This document shows, piece by piece, positions 63,991 to 64,000 of a stretch of DNA of 64,000 nt. Within the stretch, counting starts at the first letter, position 1; the number at the start of each line of letters is the position of its first letter. The notes beneath the pieces were generated by a model. That model saw nothing but the letters and a program-made list of their open reading frames with translations, searched no databases and was not told where the DNA came from. This DNA is from Vicugna vicugna (lineage: Eukaryota), in NCBI GenBank assembly GCA_013265495.1, contig MU058636.1:4437741-4501740 (forward strand), written 5' to 3'. The position numbers and the translations under genes were made by a program.

Positions 63991-64000
63991 TGGCCCAGAG

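Noticed and set aside
1..64000. miRNA, snRNA, rRNA, numt, processed pseudogene or CRISPR array
   Set aside because: I saw no match to conserved miRNA or snRNA sequences I remember and no regularly spaced repeats. This was a by-eye check, so diverged or lineage-specific copies could be missed.

Overview
This is mammalian, almost certainly non-coding (intronic or intergenic) DNA. It is probably from a camelid: it has four tRNA-Ala(AGC)-derived vic-1-type SINEs and cetartiodactyl-type L1 3' ends, and I recognise no Alu, B1 or Bov-tA. A large part of the window is interspersed repeat: L1 of several ages, L2, MIR, CR1/L3, LTR16, MLT1A, MER5 and MER2. I recognise no host protein-coding exon, RNA gene or CRISPR array. 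The only ORFs with a recognisable product are L1 ORF1/ORF2 and CR1 RT remnants. I found no convincing new biological system. The most useful leads are: (i) a SINE that appears to carry a Pol III read-through 3' tail inside its TSD; (ii) a 52-nt orphan L1 patch with no poly(A) or TSD; (iii) a young, possibly polymorphic L1; (iv) an ancient L2/L1 tract shifted to CpG-rich composition; (v) two minus-strand candidate start-codon exons with identical strong donors; and (vi) repeat-free, motif-rich blocks that may be alternative promoters or enhancers. Repeat families were assigned by eye from remembered consensus sequences. Boundaries of old repeats are approximate (tens of bases) and need RepeatMasker/Dfam confirmation.
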